Shown piece by piece: positions 9,150 through 21,720 of a stretch of 64,000 bases of DNA. The position numbers were made by a program, and so were the translations under genes. The stretch comes from Dehalococcoidia bacterium. Its GTDB lineage: Bacteria > Chloroflexota > Dehalococcoidia > Lucifugimonadales > UBA3495. The stretch lies in the NCBI GenBank assembly GCA_034428635.1, contig DAOUHR010000008.1:17002-81001 (forward strand), written 5' to 3'. Numbering within the stretch: the first letter of the stretch is position 1; each line of letters opens with the position of its first letter. The notes below the pieces were generated by a model. It did no database searches. It saw only the letters and a list, made by a program, of their open reading frames with translations, and was not told the origin of the DNA.

Positions 9150-9581
9150 ATGGCTGGATTGAAAAAGCTGGCAGGGGGTTACCTGATGCTGCTTGCCATT
9201 GTGGTAGCAGTGTTTTTCATCATCAACAACTTCCTTGTGGACGCGATTGATGTTATGCAAGTGTGGCTGGTCCTGGACGTATTTATGCTGATCGGCCTGG
9301 CAATTGGCCTGATTTACAACTATGGCCGAAAGAAGGCAGCGGACGGCGGGAACGACGGGGACGGAGTTACCCGGGGATACTTTGAGGCCAACACCGCCTT
9401 CTTCGTTACGGCGGGGGTCTCCATCCTGTTCTTGCACAACTGGTTTGCCCTGCTGGCAAATGGCAGCAATTACCTGGACGGCAACCACCAGTCGTTGGTT
9501 ATCTGGGCGGTGGTGGACACCTTGCTGCCCCTTATCCTTGGAATTACCGGGTGCCACATGTGGAAGAATACAGACGGATAG
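9150..9581 (+). CDS. Hypothetical integral membrane protein (about 4 TM segments)
   Basis: Hydrophobic segments include LMLLAIVVAVFFIINNF, VWLVLDVFMLIGLAIGLIY, AFFVTAGVSILFLHNWFALL and LVIWAVVDTLLPLILGITG. RBS GAGGAGG precedes ATG 9150. I recognise no family. Confidence 0.5.
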   Translation: MAGLKKLAGGYLMLLAIVVAVFFIINNFLVDAIDVMQVWLVLDVFMLIGLAIGLIYNYGRKKAADGGNDGDGVTRGYFEANTAFFVTAGVSILFLHNWFALLANGSNYLDGNHQSLVIWAVVDTLLPLILGITGCHMWKNTDG

Positions 9582-9634
9582 CCGGGCACTTGCAAGACTC
9601 TGGACAGCAGTGCCACCGCTTCAACAAAACAACT

Positions 9635-9672
9635 GGGAGGCCGCGAGATTCGCGACCTCTCCGTTGTTTGTG
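9635..9672 (+). terminator. Probable intrinsic terminator of the membrane-protein gene
   Basis: GGGAGGCCGCGA-gat-TCGCGACCTCTCC forms a GC-rich stem, followed by GUUGUUUGUG. Flanking A-rich and U-rich arms extend the helix. Confidence 0.5.
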
Positions 9673-10003
9673 CCATGAGTTTACCGGTCAGATTCCGGTT
9701 GCAGGTCGCCGTTATTTGGGGTGGTGCTGCGTCCACTCTTCGTTATCAAGACCCTTGATTAAAGATCCTAAGAATGGGCTGCGATCTGCCTGCAATTTAG
9801 TGACGCCAATCTTCAAATCGATGCAGCGATTACTGGACTTAGAGGCAAAAGAGTCAGCACTCATTATCCAACTGTATCCAAACCGTACTATACTGTCGCC
9901 AAAACTACCGCCAAACGATTGTCTTGAGTCAAGTGTGATTGAAGCTTGCGATTTGGGCCACTGCCGCGCCTAAGGCGCAATCCTCGGACTGAGGTGAAGC
10001 ATT

Positions 10004-11467
10004 ATGCCAGCACGTACGGGAGCCGAGTACATCAGGGAATTGAAGGACCGTCCCCGGGAGGTGTGGATTGACGGGGAGCGGGTAAAGGACGTAACCACCC
10101 ACCCGGCGCTGAAGAACGGCGTCAAGTCCGTGGCCGCCCTTTACGACATGCAACACAATCCGGCGCTGCGGGAAGAGATGACCTTCGCCTCGCCGTCCAG
10201 CGGCGAGGCGGTGGGACTGTCTTTTCTTGTTCCCCAGACGGTAAAAGACCTGGAACGCCGCCGCCAGATGATGACCCGTTGGGCGCAAGCCAGTTGCGGA
10301 ATGATGGGCCGGTCTCCGGACTTCTTGAACATCATTTTTTCGTCCTGGGCTGGTGCGTCCGGCTATTTTGCCCAAGACCGCCCGGAGTTCCAGCGGAACG
10401 TGGAGGACTACCACGAGTTCATCCGGGAAAATGACGTTGCGTTGACTCACGCCCTGGTCAACCTGCAGCGGCGGCGCACACAAAATGCCACCGACACCCT
10501 GAGCGAAGAGGTGGCCCTCACCCTCGTGAAGCAGACGGACGCCGGAATCGTGGTCAAGGGCAGCCGGGTGCTGGCGACCCTGGGGCCCATCTCCGATGAG
10601 ATTGCCATCTACCCGGTGGCGTCCCACCGGCTGGCCGACGACGACGGACGGCAGTCCTTCTCATTTTCCATTCCCTGCGATACGCCGGGCGTCAAATTCC
10701 TTTGCCGGGAGAGTTTCGATGTGGGGCGCTCCCACTTCAATCATCCCCTGGGATCCCGCTTTGAGGAAATGGACTCGGTGGTCTTTTTCGATAATGTGTT
10801 TGTGCCCTGGGAGCGAGTGTTCCTGCTGGGAAATGTGGAGCTTTGCAACGGCTACGCCATGGGCACCAGTTCCGATGCCCACACCGGGCACCAGGTGCTG
10901 ACCCGCTGCCTGGCCAAGGCCGAGTTCATGCTGGGATTAGCCGACCTGATTGTCGATACTCTGGGCTCCGGGACCATTGCCCACGTCCAAGAGCAGGTGG
11001 CGGAGCTGATCACCCAGCGGGACACGCTGTGGTCCTGCCTGAGGGCCGCCGAGGCGGACGCCAGTCCCAACCGGTGGGGGGTCATGAGTCCCGCGCTGGC
11101 GCCCCTGCGCGCCGGCCGGACGATTTTTGGCCGGTCCATCTACCCGCGGATGGTGGAGATTGTCCAGATGCTGGGCACCAGCAGTTTGATGGCGCTTCCG
11201 GCCGAGGCCGACTTCGATACTGAAATTGCCGCCGAGATCGACCAGTACATGGCTACCGACACCACCAACGCCCGGGACCGGGCCAGGCTCTTTCACCTGG
11301 CGTGGGATGCGTCGTGCAGTTCCTTTAGCGGCCGCCAGGTTTTGTACGAGCGAATGTTTGGGGGGAATCCGGTGCGCAATTCGATGGCGCTCTACAACAA
11401 CTATGACAAGGAGCCGTTCAAGCGAAGGGTACGGGAGTTTCTGGACCTGGAAGATTCCGAGCTTTAG
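10004..11467 (+). CDS. 4-hydroxyphenylacetate 3-monooxygenase oxygenase-component family (HpaB-like, two-component flavin monooxygenase)
   Basis: The N-terminus MPARTGAEYIRELKDRPREVWIDGERVKDVTTHPALKNG and the overall length of 487 aa are typical of the HpaB family. RBS GAGGTGA. No reductase partner lies in the window. Confidence 0.8.
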   Translation: MPARTGAEYIRELKDRPREVWIDGERVKDVTTHPALKNGVKSVAALYDMQHNPALREEMTFASPSSGEAVGLSFLVPQTVKDLERRRQMMTRWAQASCGMMGRSPDFLNIIFSSWAGASGYFAQDRPEFQRNVEDYHEFIRENDVALTHALVNLQRRRTQNATDTLSEEVALTLVKQTDAGIVVKGSRVLATLGPISDEIAIYPVASHRLADDDGRQSFSFSIPCDTPGVKFLCRESFDVGRSHFNHPLGSRFEEMDSVVFFDNVFVPWERVFLLGNVELCNGYAMGTSSDAHTGHQVLTRCLAKAEFMLGLADLIVDTLGSGTIAHVQEQVAELITQRDTLWSCLRAAEADASPNRWGVMSPALAPLRAGRTIFGRSIYPRMVEIVQMLGTSSLMALPAEADFDTEIAAEIDQYMATDTTNARDRARLFHLAWDASCSSFSGRQVLYERMFGGNPVRNSMALYNNYDKEPFKRRVREFLDLEDSEL

Positions 11468-11580
11468 GTGGTTCTCGGACAGGAGTTACGCGGCCGCGCC
11501 AATACCCTTGCCATCAGAGGGTGCCTGAACAGTTCGGAACGCAGAAATAAGAGGGCTTAAGTTACGGGAAAGGGGAGAGG

Positions 11581-11655
11581 TGGCTCCCCAGGCAGGATTC
11601 GAACCTGCGACCTAGCGGTTAACAGCCGCCCGCTCTACCGCTGAGCTACTGGGGA
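11581..11655 (-). tRNA. tRNA-Asn (anticodon GTT), CCA encoded
   Basis: The minus-strand read folds by hand as a cloverleaf: TCCCCAG TA GCTC AGCGGTA GAGC G GGCGG CTGTTAA CCGCT AGGTC GCAGG TTCGAAT CCTGC CTGGGGA G CCA. It is 75 nt long. Confidence 0.9.
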
Positions 11656-11820
11656 ATGCGGTTGCCGAACCGGCAGACTGGGCCGGGACAGCCTAGAAAT
11701 TCTAGCACCTTCCAAGGTTACTAACAAGCGCATCCTGTAAACGAGGCAGGGCGCCGAGCGAGCAGGACTCGACCCAAGCGGCAGACGTACCGGCTTGCCC
11801 CCCAGTTTCCCCTTCGGCCT

Positions 11821-11852
11821 CAAGAAAAGGAGGGGTCCAAATGGACCCCTCC
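11821..11852 (-). terminator. Intrinsic terminator of hsp20
   Basis: GGAGGGGTCC-aaat-GGACCCCTCC forms a perfect 10-bp stem. On the minus strand it is followed by TTTTCTTG, 23 nt after the hsp20 stop. Confidence 0.8.
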
Positions 11853-11874
11853 ACAACCTCGTTACCTCCCGGGG

Positions 11875-12357
11875 CTAGGCTTCGGTCTTTTCCCCTTCAA
11901 GAACCTGGTTATCGCCGCTGACATTGATGGTCAACTGTCGGGCCTGCTTGGCCTCAACCTTGGGGAAGGCGATGGTCAGCACGCCTTGGTCGTAGCTGGT
12001 ATTGGCCTTGTCCACGTCCAGGGTGTCGGGCAGGCGCAGAGAACGGTGGAAGGAACCGGTGTGCCGTTCCCGCATCAGGTAGTTGCCCTCCTGACGTTCG
12101 CTTTCACCGGCGCTTTGACCACGAATGGTCAGTACGTCGTTCTCGATGGTCACGTTGAGGTCCGAGGGGTTGACGCCAGGCAGAGAAGCGTGAACCACGA
12201 TGTTGTCCCCCTCCTGCACCACGTCCAGGGGAATGGCCCAGCCTTCCATTTCACCGTTGCCGCCGCCGTTGGGCTGGGAGAAGCCCCGCCACAGGTGGTC
12301 CATATTCTCCTGCATCCGCCGCAATTCAATGAAGGGATCCCATCTTCGCATTACCAT
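11875..12357 (-). CDS. Hsp20/alpha-crystallin small heat-shock protein
   Basis: Alpha-crystallin domain: PLDVVQEGDNIVVHASLPGVNPSDLNVTIENDVLTIRG ... GVLTIAFPK. RBS AGGAGG. Confidence 0.9.
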   Translation of the reverse strand: MVMRRWDPFIELRRMQENMDHLWRGFSQPNGGGNGEMEGWAIPLDVVQEGDNIVVHASLPGVNPSDLNVTIENDVLTIRGQSAGESERQEGNYLMRERHTGSFHRSLRLPDTLDVDKANTSYDQGVLTIAFPKVEAKQARQLTINVSGDNQVLEGEKTEA

Positions 12358-12391
12358 AGTCGTTCCTCCTGCTATTGTAGTTTATTGTTGT

Positions 12392-12422
12392 ATTGTAGTA
12401 AGTCTGATATGTTCCATATCAA
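12392..12422 (-). promoter_or_regulatory. Candidate hsp20 promoter with 19-nt spacer and embedded dyad
   Basis: On the minus strand the layout is TTGATA (12422..12417), a 19-nt spacer, then TACAAT (12397..12392). The perfect 7-3-7 dyad TGATATG-ttc-CATATCA (12405..12421) overlaps the -35 box and the spacer. Confidence 0.35.
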
Positions 12423-12492
12423 TCTTACGCTGCTGATTCTACATAGTTGAGTGTATCTTGTCAATACTACTATCATACCTTCTTCAATATTC

Positions 12493-12521
12493 TTGACAGC
12501 AAATACTTCTACCAATACAAT
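12493..12521 (+). promoter_or_regulatory. Candidate sigma-70-type promoter of dnaJ-hspR
   Basis: TTGACA (12493..12498), a 17-nt spacer, then TACAAT (12516..12521), 39 nt upstream of the dnaJ ATG. Confidence 0.5.
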
Positions 12522-12559
12522 ATCACTATCAAGGCAACCACCCATAAGAGGTTTCCCGT

Positions 12560-13483
12560 ATGCCGTCAAACTACTATGAACTGCTGGGAGTGGCCCGGGA
12601 CGCTACCGACAAGGATATCCGTCAGGCCTACCGGAAACTGGCCCGCCAGTACCATCCCGACGTTAACCCGGGCGACTCCGGCGCCGAAGAAAAGTTCAAG
12701 CAAATAAATGAGGCCCACGGCGTCCTGTCCGACGCCGACAAGCGCCGCAAGTACGACAAATACGGCGACCGCTGGACGAACGCCGACGAGATCGAACAGG
12801 CCGAAGCCCAGGCCCGCAGCCGGGGCAGGGGACGGGGCGGATTCCATTCCTACACCGACTACTTCACCGGCGGCGACTTTGGGGGCCACAACGGGGTCAA
12901 CTTAGACCTGGGCGGCTTTGGCTCGGACGACCCGTTCGACCGGTTGTTCAACAACTTTGGCGGAGACCGCGGCGTCCCCCGCCACGCGCCGGCCGAGTAC
13001 CAGGTGGATATTACCCTGGCCGAGGCCGCCGAGGGCGCTACCAGGATGGTGAACCTGCCCGACGGCCGGCGCCTGGAAGTCAAGGTTCCCGCCGGCGTCG
13101 ATACCGGTTCCCGGGTGCACATACCCGCAGGCGGCGGCGATGGAGACTTTTACCTGGCCGTCACCGTGATTGACCATCCCCGGTTTGAACGCAAGGGCAG
13201 GGACCTTTACTCCGAGGTGGAAGTGCCGGTGGATGACCTGGCCCTGGGGGCCGAGGTTACTGTGCCCACCCTGACCGGGCGGGTGGCGTTGACCATTCCC
13301 CCGGCCACCCAGAACGGCCGCCGGTTCCGCATGGCCGGCCAGGGCATGCCGGAACTGAACAAGTCGGACAGCAAGGGCAGCCTGTACACGACGGTCAAGG
13401 CCGTGCTGCCGGCTAACCCGGGACCGGAAGAAGTGGAACTGTTCCGCAAACTCAGGGAACTGCGGACCGGCGAGAGGGTATAG
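12560..13483 (+). CDS. J-domain co-chaperone, CbpA/type II DnaJ-like (no zinc-finger domain)
   Basis: J-domain YYELLGVARDATDKDIRQAYRKLARQYHPDVNP (HPD motif), a G/F-rich linker and the C-terminal substrate-binding domains are present. CxxCxGxG repeats are absent. Confidence 0.85.
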   Translation: MPSNYYELLGVARDATDKDIRQAYRKLARQYHPDVNPGDSGAEEKFKQINEAHGVLSDADKRRKYDKYGDRWTNADEIEQAEAQARSRGRGRGGFHSYTDYFTGGDFGGHNGVNLDLGGFGSDDPFDRLFNNFGGDRGVPRHAPAEYQVDITLAEAAEGATRMVNLPDGRRLEVKVPAGVDTGSRVHIPAGGGDGDFYLAVTVIDHPRFERKGRDLYSEVEVPVDDLALGAEVTVPTLTGRVALTIPPATQNGRRFRMAGQGMPELNKSDSKGSLYTTVKAVLPANPGPEEVELFRKLRELRTGERV

Positions 13484-13485
13484 AC

Positions 13486-13839
13486 ATGGTTTACGAGAGG
13501 AATCATTCCGACGAGCCCTGTTTCGTCATCAGCATCGCGGCACGCATGGTTGGCCTGCACGCCCAGACCCTGCGCTACTACGAACGGGTCGGGCTCATCT
13601 GGCCCTCTCGCTCCAACGGGCGGCAGCGCCTTTATTCCGAGGCGGACATTGAACGTCTGCGCCGCATCAAGACCTTTACGGAGGACATGGGCGTGAACCT
13701 GGCCGGGGCCGAGGTCGCCCTGAAGCTGATGGCCCGTATCGAGGAACTGGAACGGGAGGTCAGGAGCCTGAACGCCATCATCGACGAACTGCAACAGCAG
13801 GGATCCCCGGGGGCGGACAGGGTACGACGACAAGTATAA
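13486..13839 (+). CDS. hspR: MerR-family heat-shock regulator, HspR-like
   Basis: FVISIAARMVGLHAQTLRYYERVGLIWPSRSNGRQRLYSEADIERLRRIKTFTEDMGVNLAG closely follows the HspR HTH pattern. The gene lies 2 nt downstream of the dnaJ-like gene. Confidence 0.8.
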   Translation: MVYERNHSDEPCFVISIAARMVGLHAQTLRYYERVGLIWPSRSNGRQRLYSEADIERLRRIKTFTEDMGVNLAGAEVALKLMARIEELEREVRSLNAIIDELQQQGSPGADRVRRQV

Positions 13840-13858
13840 GAACGCGCCAGAAATAATT

Positions 13859-13879
13859 CTTGCACTATTTCTTATCAAG
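13859..13879. promoter_or_regulatory. HAIR-like inverted repeat (candidate HspR operator) upstream of clpC
   Basis: CTTGCAC-TATTTCT-TATCAAG has the 7-7-7 architecture and the CTTG...CAAG core of the HAIR consensus CTTGAGT-N7-ACTCAAG (9 of 14 positions match). It lies 78 nt upstream of the clpC ATG. Confidence 0.35.
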
Positions 13880-13956
13880 AGGTACGCCGCCAGCTTAGCT
13901 ACCCGAAGCGACGGATGGTTGTCAGGCGGGCGTAACCGGGAGATGAGACTATCACA

Positions 13957-16401
13957 ATGAGATCAGAAGACTTCACCGAACAGGCACTACAAGTAATCCA
14001 GGACTCCCAGGAACTGGTCCGGAGCTATCACCACAGCCAGTGGGATGTTGAGCACGTGCTGCTGGCCATGCTGAACCAGGAGGACGGCATTCCGTCGCGC
14101 ATTCTGGACCACCTGGCCATTTCCCCCCCGGCCGTAAAGGCGCGATTGGAGCAGTTCCTGGACGCGTCGCCCAAGCTGGCCAATGCCTCCGGCCAGATTT
14201 ACACCACGCCGCGCATTCAGCGGCTCCTGGACACGGCCCAGGAGGAATCGCGAAGGCTTAAGGACGAATTCATCAGCGTTGAGCACCTGTTCATCGCCGC
14301 CATACGCGAGCCCCAGGGGGACTCGGCCAGGATTGTCCAGGAGTTCGGCATTGACCAGGAGCGGGTATACCGGGCCCTCACCACTATTCGGGGCGCCCAC
14401 CGGGTCGACGACCGGCGGGCAGAGAGCCGGTACCGGTCCCTGGAGAAGTACAGCATCGACTTGACCCAACTGGCCGCCGGGGGAAAGCTGGACCCAGTCA
14501 TCGGGCGGGACGCTGAAATCCGCCGGGTGGCCCAGACCCTGACCCGCCGCAAGAAGAACAACCCGGTCATCATCGGAGAGGCCGGCGTGGGCAAGACGGC
14601 CATTGCCGAGGGGCTGGCGGCCCGCATCGCCAGCGGCGACGTACCCGACTCGCTCAAGGGCAAGCGGGTGGTGGCCCTGGACATGGGCGCCATGGTAGCC
14701 GGTTCCAAGTTCCGCGGCGAGTTTGAGGAACGGTTAAAAGCCGTCATGGACGAAGTGAAGGAGGGGCAGGGGGAGATTATTCTCTTCCTGGACGAAATTC
14801 ACACCATGGTCGGCGCCGGAGCCGCCGAGGGCGGACTGGATGCCAGCAACCTGCTGAAGCCGGCCCTGTCGCGAGGGGAACTGCAATGCATTGGCGCCAC
14901 CACCCTGGACGAGTACCGCAAGCATATTGAGAAGGATGCGGCCCTGGAGCGGCGGTTCCAGCCCGTGTACCTGGAGGAACCCAGCATCGAGGACACGGTG
15001 GAAATCCTGAGGGCCCTGCGGCCCCGCTATGAGGCCCACCACAAAGTCGAGATCGACGACGCTGCCCTGGATGCTGCCGCCCGGCTCAGCGACCGGTACA
15101 TAACCGGCCGGCAACTGCCGGACAAGGCCATCGACTTCATTGACGAGGCGGCCAGCATGGTGCGCATCGACGCCGAGGGCGTGCCGGACAGCTGCCACCA
15201 GCTGGAGGAGAGTATCCGACTCTTGACCGACCGAGAGGAGGCCGCAGCCCAGCGGGGCGAGTACGAGCAAGCGGCCCAGCTGCGAACGGACCGAATGCGC
15301 CTGGAGGAGGACTTCCGCACGGAACGGGAGAAGCTGGGGCAGAACCGAAACGTGGATCTGAGGGTGCGGGAGAGGGATATCGCCGACCTGGTGTCCAGCT
15401 GGACGGGCATTCCCGCTGGACGGCTGCTGGAGAGCGAGGCGGACCGCCTGATACAGATGGAAGGCCTGTTGCACCAGCGGTTGATCGGGCAGGAAGAGGC
15501 GGTCAAAGCCGTGTCCGAGGCCATTCGCCGGGCCAGGTCGGGACTGAGCAACCCCCGCCGGCCCATCGGCAGTTTCATTTTCCTTGGCCCCACGGGCGTG
15601 GGCAAGACGGAGTTGTCCAAGGCCCTGGCGGAGTTCCTGTTCGACGACGAAGAGAACATGGTACGGCTGGACATGTCGGAATACATGGAGAAGCACACCG
15701 TGTCCCGCCTGGTGGGCGCACCGCCGGGCTACGTGGGCTACTACGAGGGCGGCCAGTTGACCGAGGTGGTGCGCCGCCGTCCCTACCGGGTGATTCTCTT
15801 CGACGAAATTGAGAAGGCCCACCCGGACGTGTTCAACATCCTGCTGCAGATCCTGGAGGATGGCCGGTTGACCGACGGCCACGGTCGGACGGTGGATTTC
15901 AGGAACACAGTCATCATCATGACCAGCAACCTGGGGACGGGCTACCTGAGCCGCCAGGGCGTGGGATTCAATACAACAAGCCAGTCGGCGGATGGAGAGA
16001 AGGAGCGGCTGGAAAAGTCGGTCCACGACGCGCTAAAGCAGGCCTTCCGGCCAGAGTTCCTGAACCGCATCGACGAGACCATCATATTCCACCCGCTGAC
16101 CCGAGAGCAGATAATGCAAGTAGTGGGGTTGATGGTGAAGGACGTGGCGGAGAGGTTGGCAGAGCAGGGTATAACCTTCGAGCTGACCCAGGTCGCGGCC
16201 GACTGGCTGGCGGAGGAAGGCTTCGACCCGGTCTACGGGGCGCGACCCTTGCGGCGGGCGATCCAGAGGAGCCTGGAAAACCTACTATCCAGCGGCATCC
16301 TGTCCGGTGAATTCCAGGGTGGCGACCACTTGGTGGTTAATGTCGCGGAGGGAGGACTGGCAATTACCAAGGCGGAAACCGCCGCCGTGGCCGCGGACTA
16401 G
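13957..16401 (+). CDS. clpC: Class III stress-response AAA+ ATPase, ClpC-type
   Basis: N-terminal Clp repeats; two Walker A motifs ([16 protein letters not shown]); a short UVR-like linker ([17 protein letters not shown]); a VGF tripeptide (QGVGFN) matching the ClpP-docking loop. The length of 814 aa fits ClpC rather than ClpB. Confidence 0.85.
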   Translation: MRSEDFTEQALQVIQDSQELVRSYHHSQWDVEHVLLAMLNQEDGIPSRILDHLAISPPAVKARLEQFLDASPKLANASGQIYTTPRIQRLLDTAQEESRRLKDEFISVEHLFIAAIREPQGDSARIVQEFGIDQERVYRALTTIRGAHRVDDRRAESRYRSLEKYSIDLTQLAAGGKLDPVIGRDAEIRRVAQTLTRRKKNNPVIIGEAGVGKTAIAEGLAARIASGDVPDSLKGKRVVALDMGAMVAGSKFRGEFEERLKAVMDEVKEGQGEIILFLDEIHTMVGAGAAEGGLDASNLLKPALSRGELQCIGATTLDEYRKHIEKDAALERRFQPVYLEEPSIEDTVEILRALRPRYEAHHKVEIDDAALDAAARLSDRYITGRQLPDKAIDFIDEAASMVRIDAEGVPDSCHQLEESIRLLTDREEAAAQRGEYEQAAQLRTDRMRLEEDFRTEREKLGQNRNVDLRVRERDIADLVSSWTGIPAGRLLESEADRLIQMEGLLHQRLIGQEEAVKAVSEAIRRARSGLSNPRRPIGSFIFLGPTGVGKTELSKALAEFLFDDEENMVRLDMSEYMEKHTVSRLVGAPPGYVGYYEGGQLTEVVRRRPYRVILFDEIEKAHPDVFNILLQILEDGRLTDGHGRTVDFRNTVIIMTSNLGTGYLSRQGVGFNTTSQSADGEKERLEKSVHDALKQAFRPEFLNRIDETIIFHPLTREQIMQVVGLMVKDVAERLAEQGITFELTQVAADWLAEEGFDPVYGARPLRRAIQRSLENLLSSGILSGEFQGGDHLVVNVAEGGLAITKAETAAVAAD

Positions 16402-16441
16402 CCGCACATACGATAGTCCAGGCAAACGTTCCAGACAATCA

Positions 16442-16478
16442 GAAGGGGCGGGTTTGCAGCCCGCCCCTTCACGTTTTC
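16442..16478 (+). terminator. Intrinsic terminator after clpC (between convergent genes)
   Basis: GAAGGGGCGGG-tttgcag-CCCGCCCCTTC forms a perfect 11-bp stem, followed by ACGTTTTC. Confidence 0.75.
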
Positions 16479-16493
16479 ATTATAAAATACCCG

Positions 16494-17490
16494 TCAAACC
16501 TCCACCGCTCCGATCAGTTCGTTGATGTCGGCAATGCCCCGCTCCCCCAGCCAGCTCTGCATCCCTTCCAGGATATTGAAGGGGGCCCACAGGTCGGCCA
16601 GGTTGGCGCTGCCCACCTGCACTGCGGTAGCGCCGGCCAGGATGAACTCCAGGGCCTCCTCGGCGGTGAAGATACCACCCACACCGATGATCGGCACGTC
16701 CACGGCGTGGGTCACGCGGTACACGAGGGCCACCGCCACCGGGTGCAGCCCCGGGCCGGACAGGCCGCCGGTTATATTCCCCAGCACGGGCCGGCGGGAC
16801 TCCACATCGATGGTCATGGCAGGAATGGTATTGCAGATGGTGAGGGCATCGGCGCCGGCGTCTACCGCCGCCCGGGCTATAGGGACGATGTCGGGAACAT
16901 TGGGGGCCAGCTTCGCCAGCACCGGCACTTCAGCGTGGCGCTTGACTGCCTCCACCGCCTTGAATGTGCCTTCGGAGGTGTAGCTGAACAGGTCACCCTG
17001 CTCCACGTTGGGGCAGCTGAGGTTCAATTCTATGGCCGCGAATCCGTCCGTCCCCGCGGTCATCTGGGCCATCTCGCCGAATTGTGCCACGCTGTCGCCG
17101 GACATGCTCAACAGCACAGTGGCGTCCCATTGCGCCCACTGGGGCGCCAGTTCTTGGAGACCCGCTTCAATGCCGGGATTGGTCAAGCCTATGGCGTTGA
17201 GCAGCACCGGTTCGTTGTTTTCCCGGGCGACCCGGTAGGAATCGGGATACCAACGGGGTTCGGGGTTGCCCTCGCGGGGCAGACGCGTAAAAGTCTTGGG
17301 TACGACCGCGCCAAGGCGGGCGAGATCCATTTCCGGGGTAAGGCCACGACCATAGCCGTCGTAGCCGAAAGTGCCCGACGCAATCATCACCGGGTTGCGG
17401 AGGGGAAGCCCACGGGGATGGGAAGGCGCCAGTTCAACGGCAAGGCAGGGTTCTCCCGCCTCGCCTGCTGAACCGGCGTTTTCGGTGGAG

Positions 17491-17504
<14 letters not shown>
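16494..17504 (-). CDS. pyrD: Dihydroorotate dehydrogenase class 1-like catalytic subunit
   Basis: Motifs seen: [72 protein letters not shown]. The ORF-track start at 17663 lies inside rpoC. The nearest in-frame ATG is at 17504 and overlaps the rpoC end by 14 nt. No pyrK is adjacent. Confidence 0.75.

Positions 17505-21719
<4,215 letters not shown>

Positions 21720-21720
<1 letters not shown>

Noticed and set aside
9923-9933. The palindrome CTTGAGTCAAG upstream of hpaB as an HspR (HAIR) site.
   Set aside because: Only the left HAIR half-site is present. The N7 plus right half (CAAGTGT GATTGAA) does not match. The gene context is not heat shock. It may be an unrelated operator or chance.
13957-16401. 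Annotating the AAA+ chaperone as ClpB, as expected for an HspR regulon.
   Set aside because: Three points argue for ClpC-type instead: the length of 814 aa, the short UVR-like middle region in place of the long ClpB coiled coil, and the presence of a VGF ClpP-binding tripeptide.
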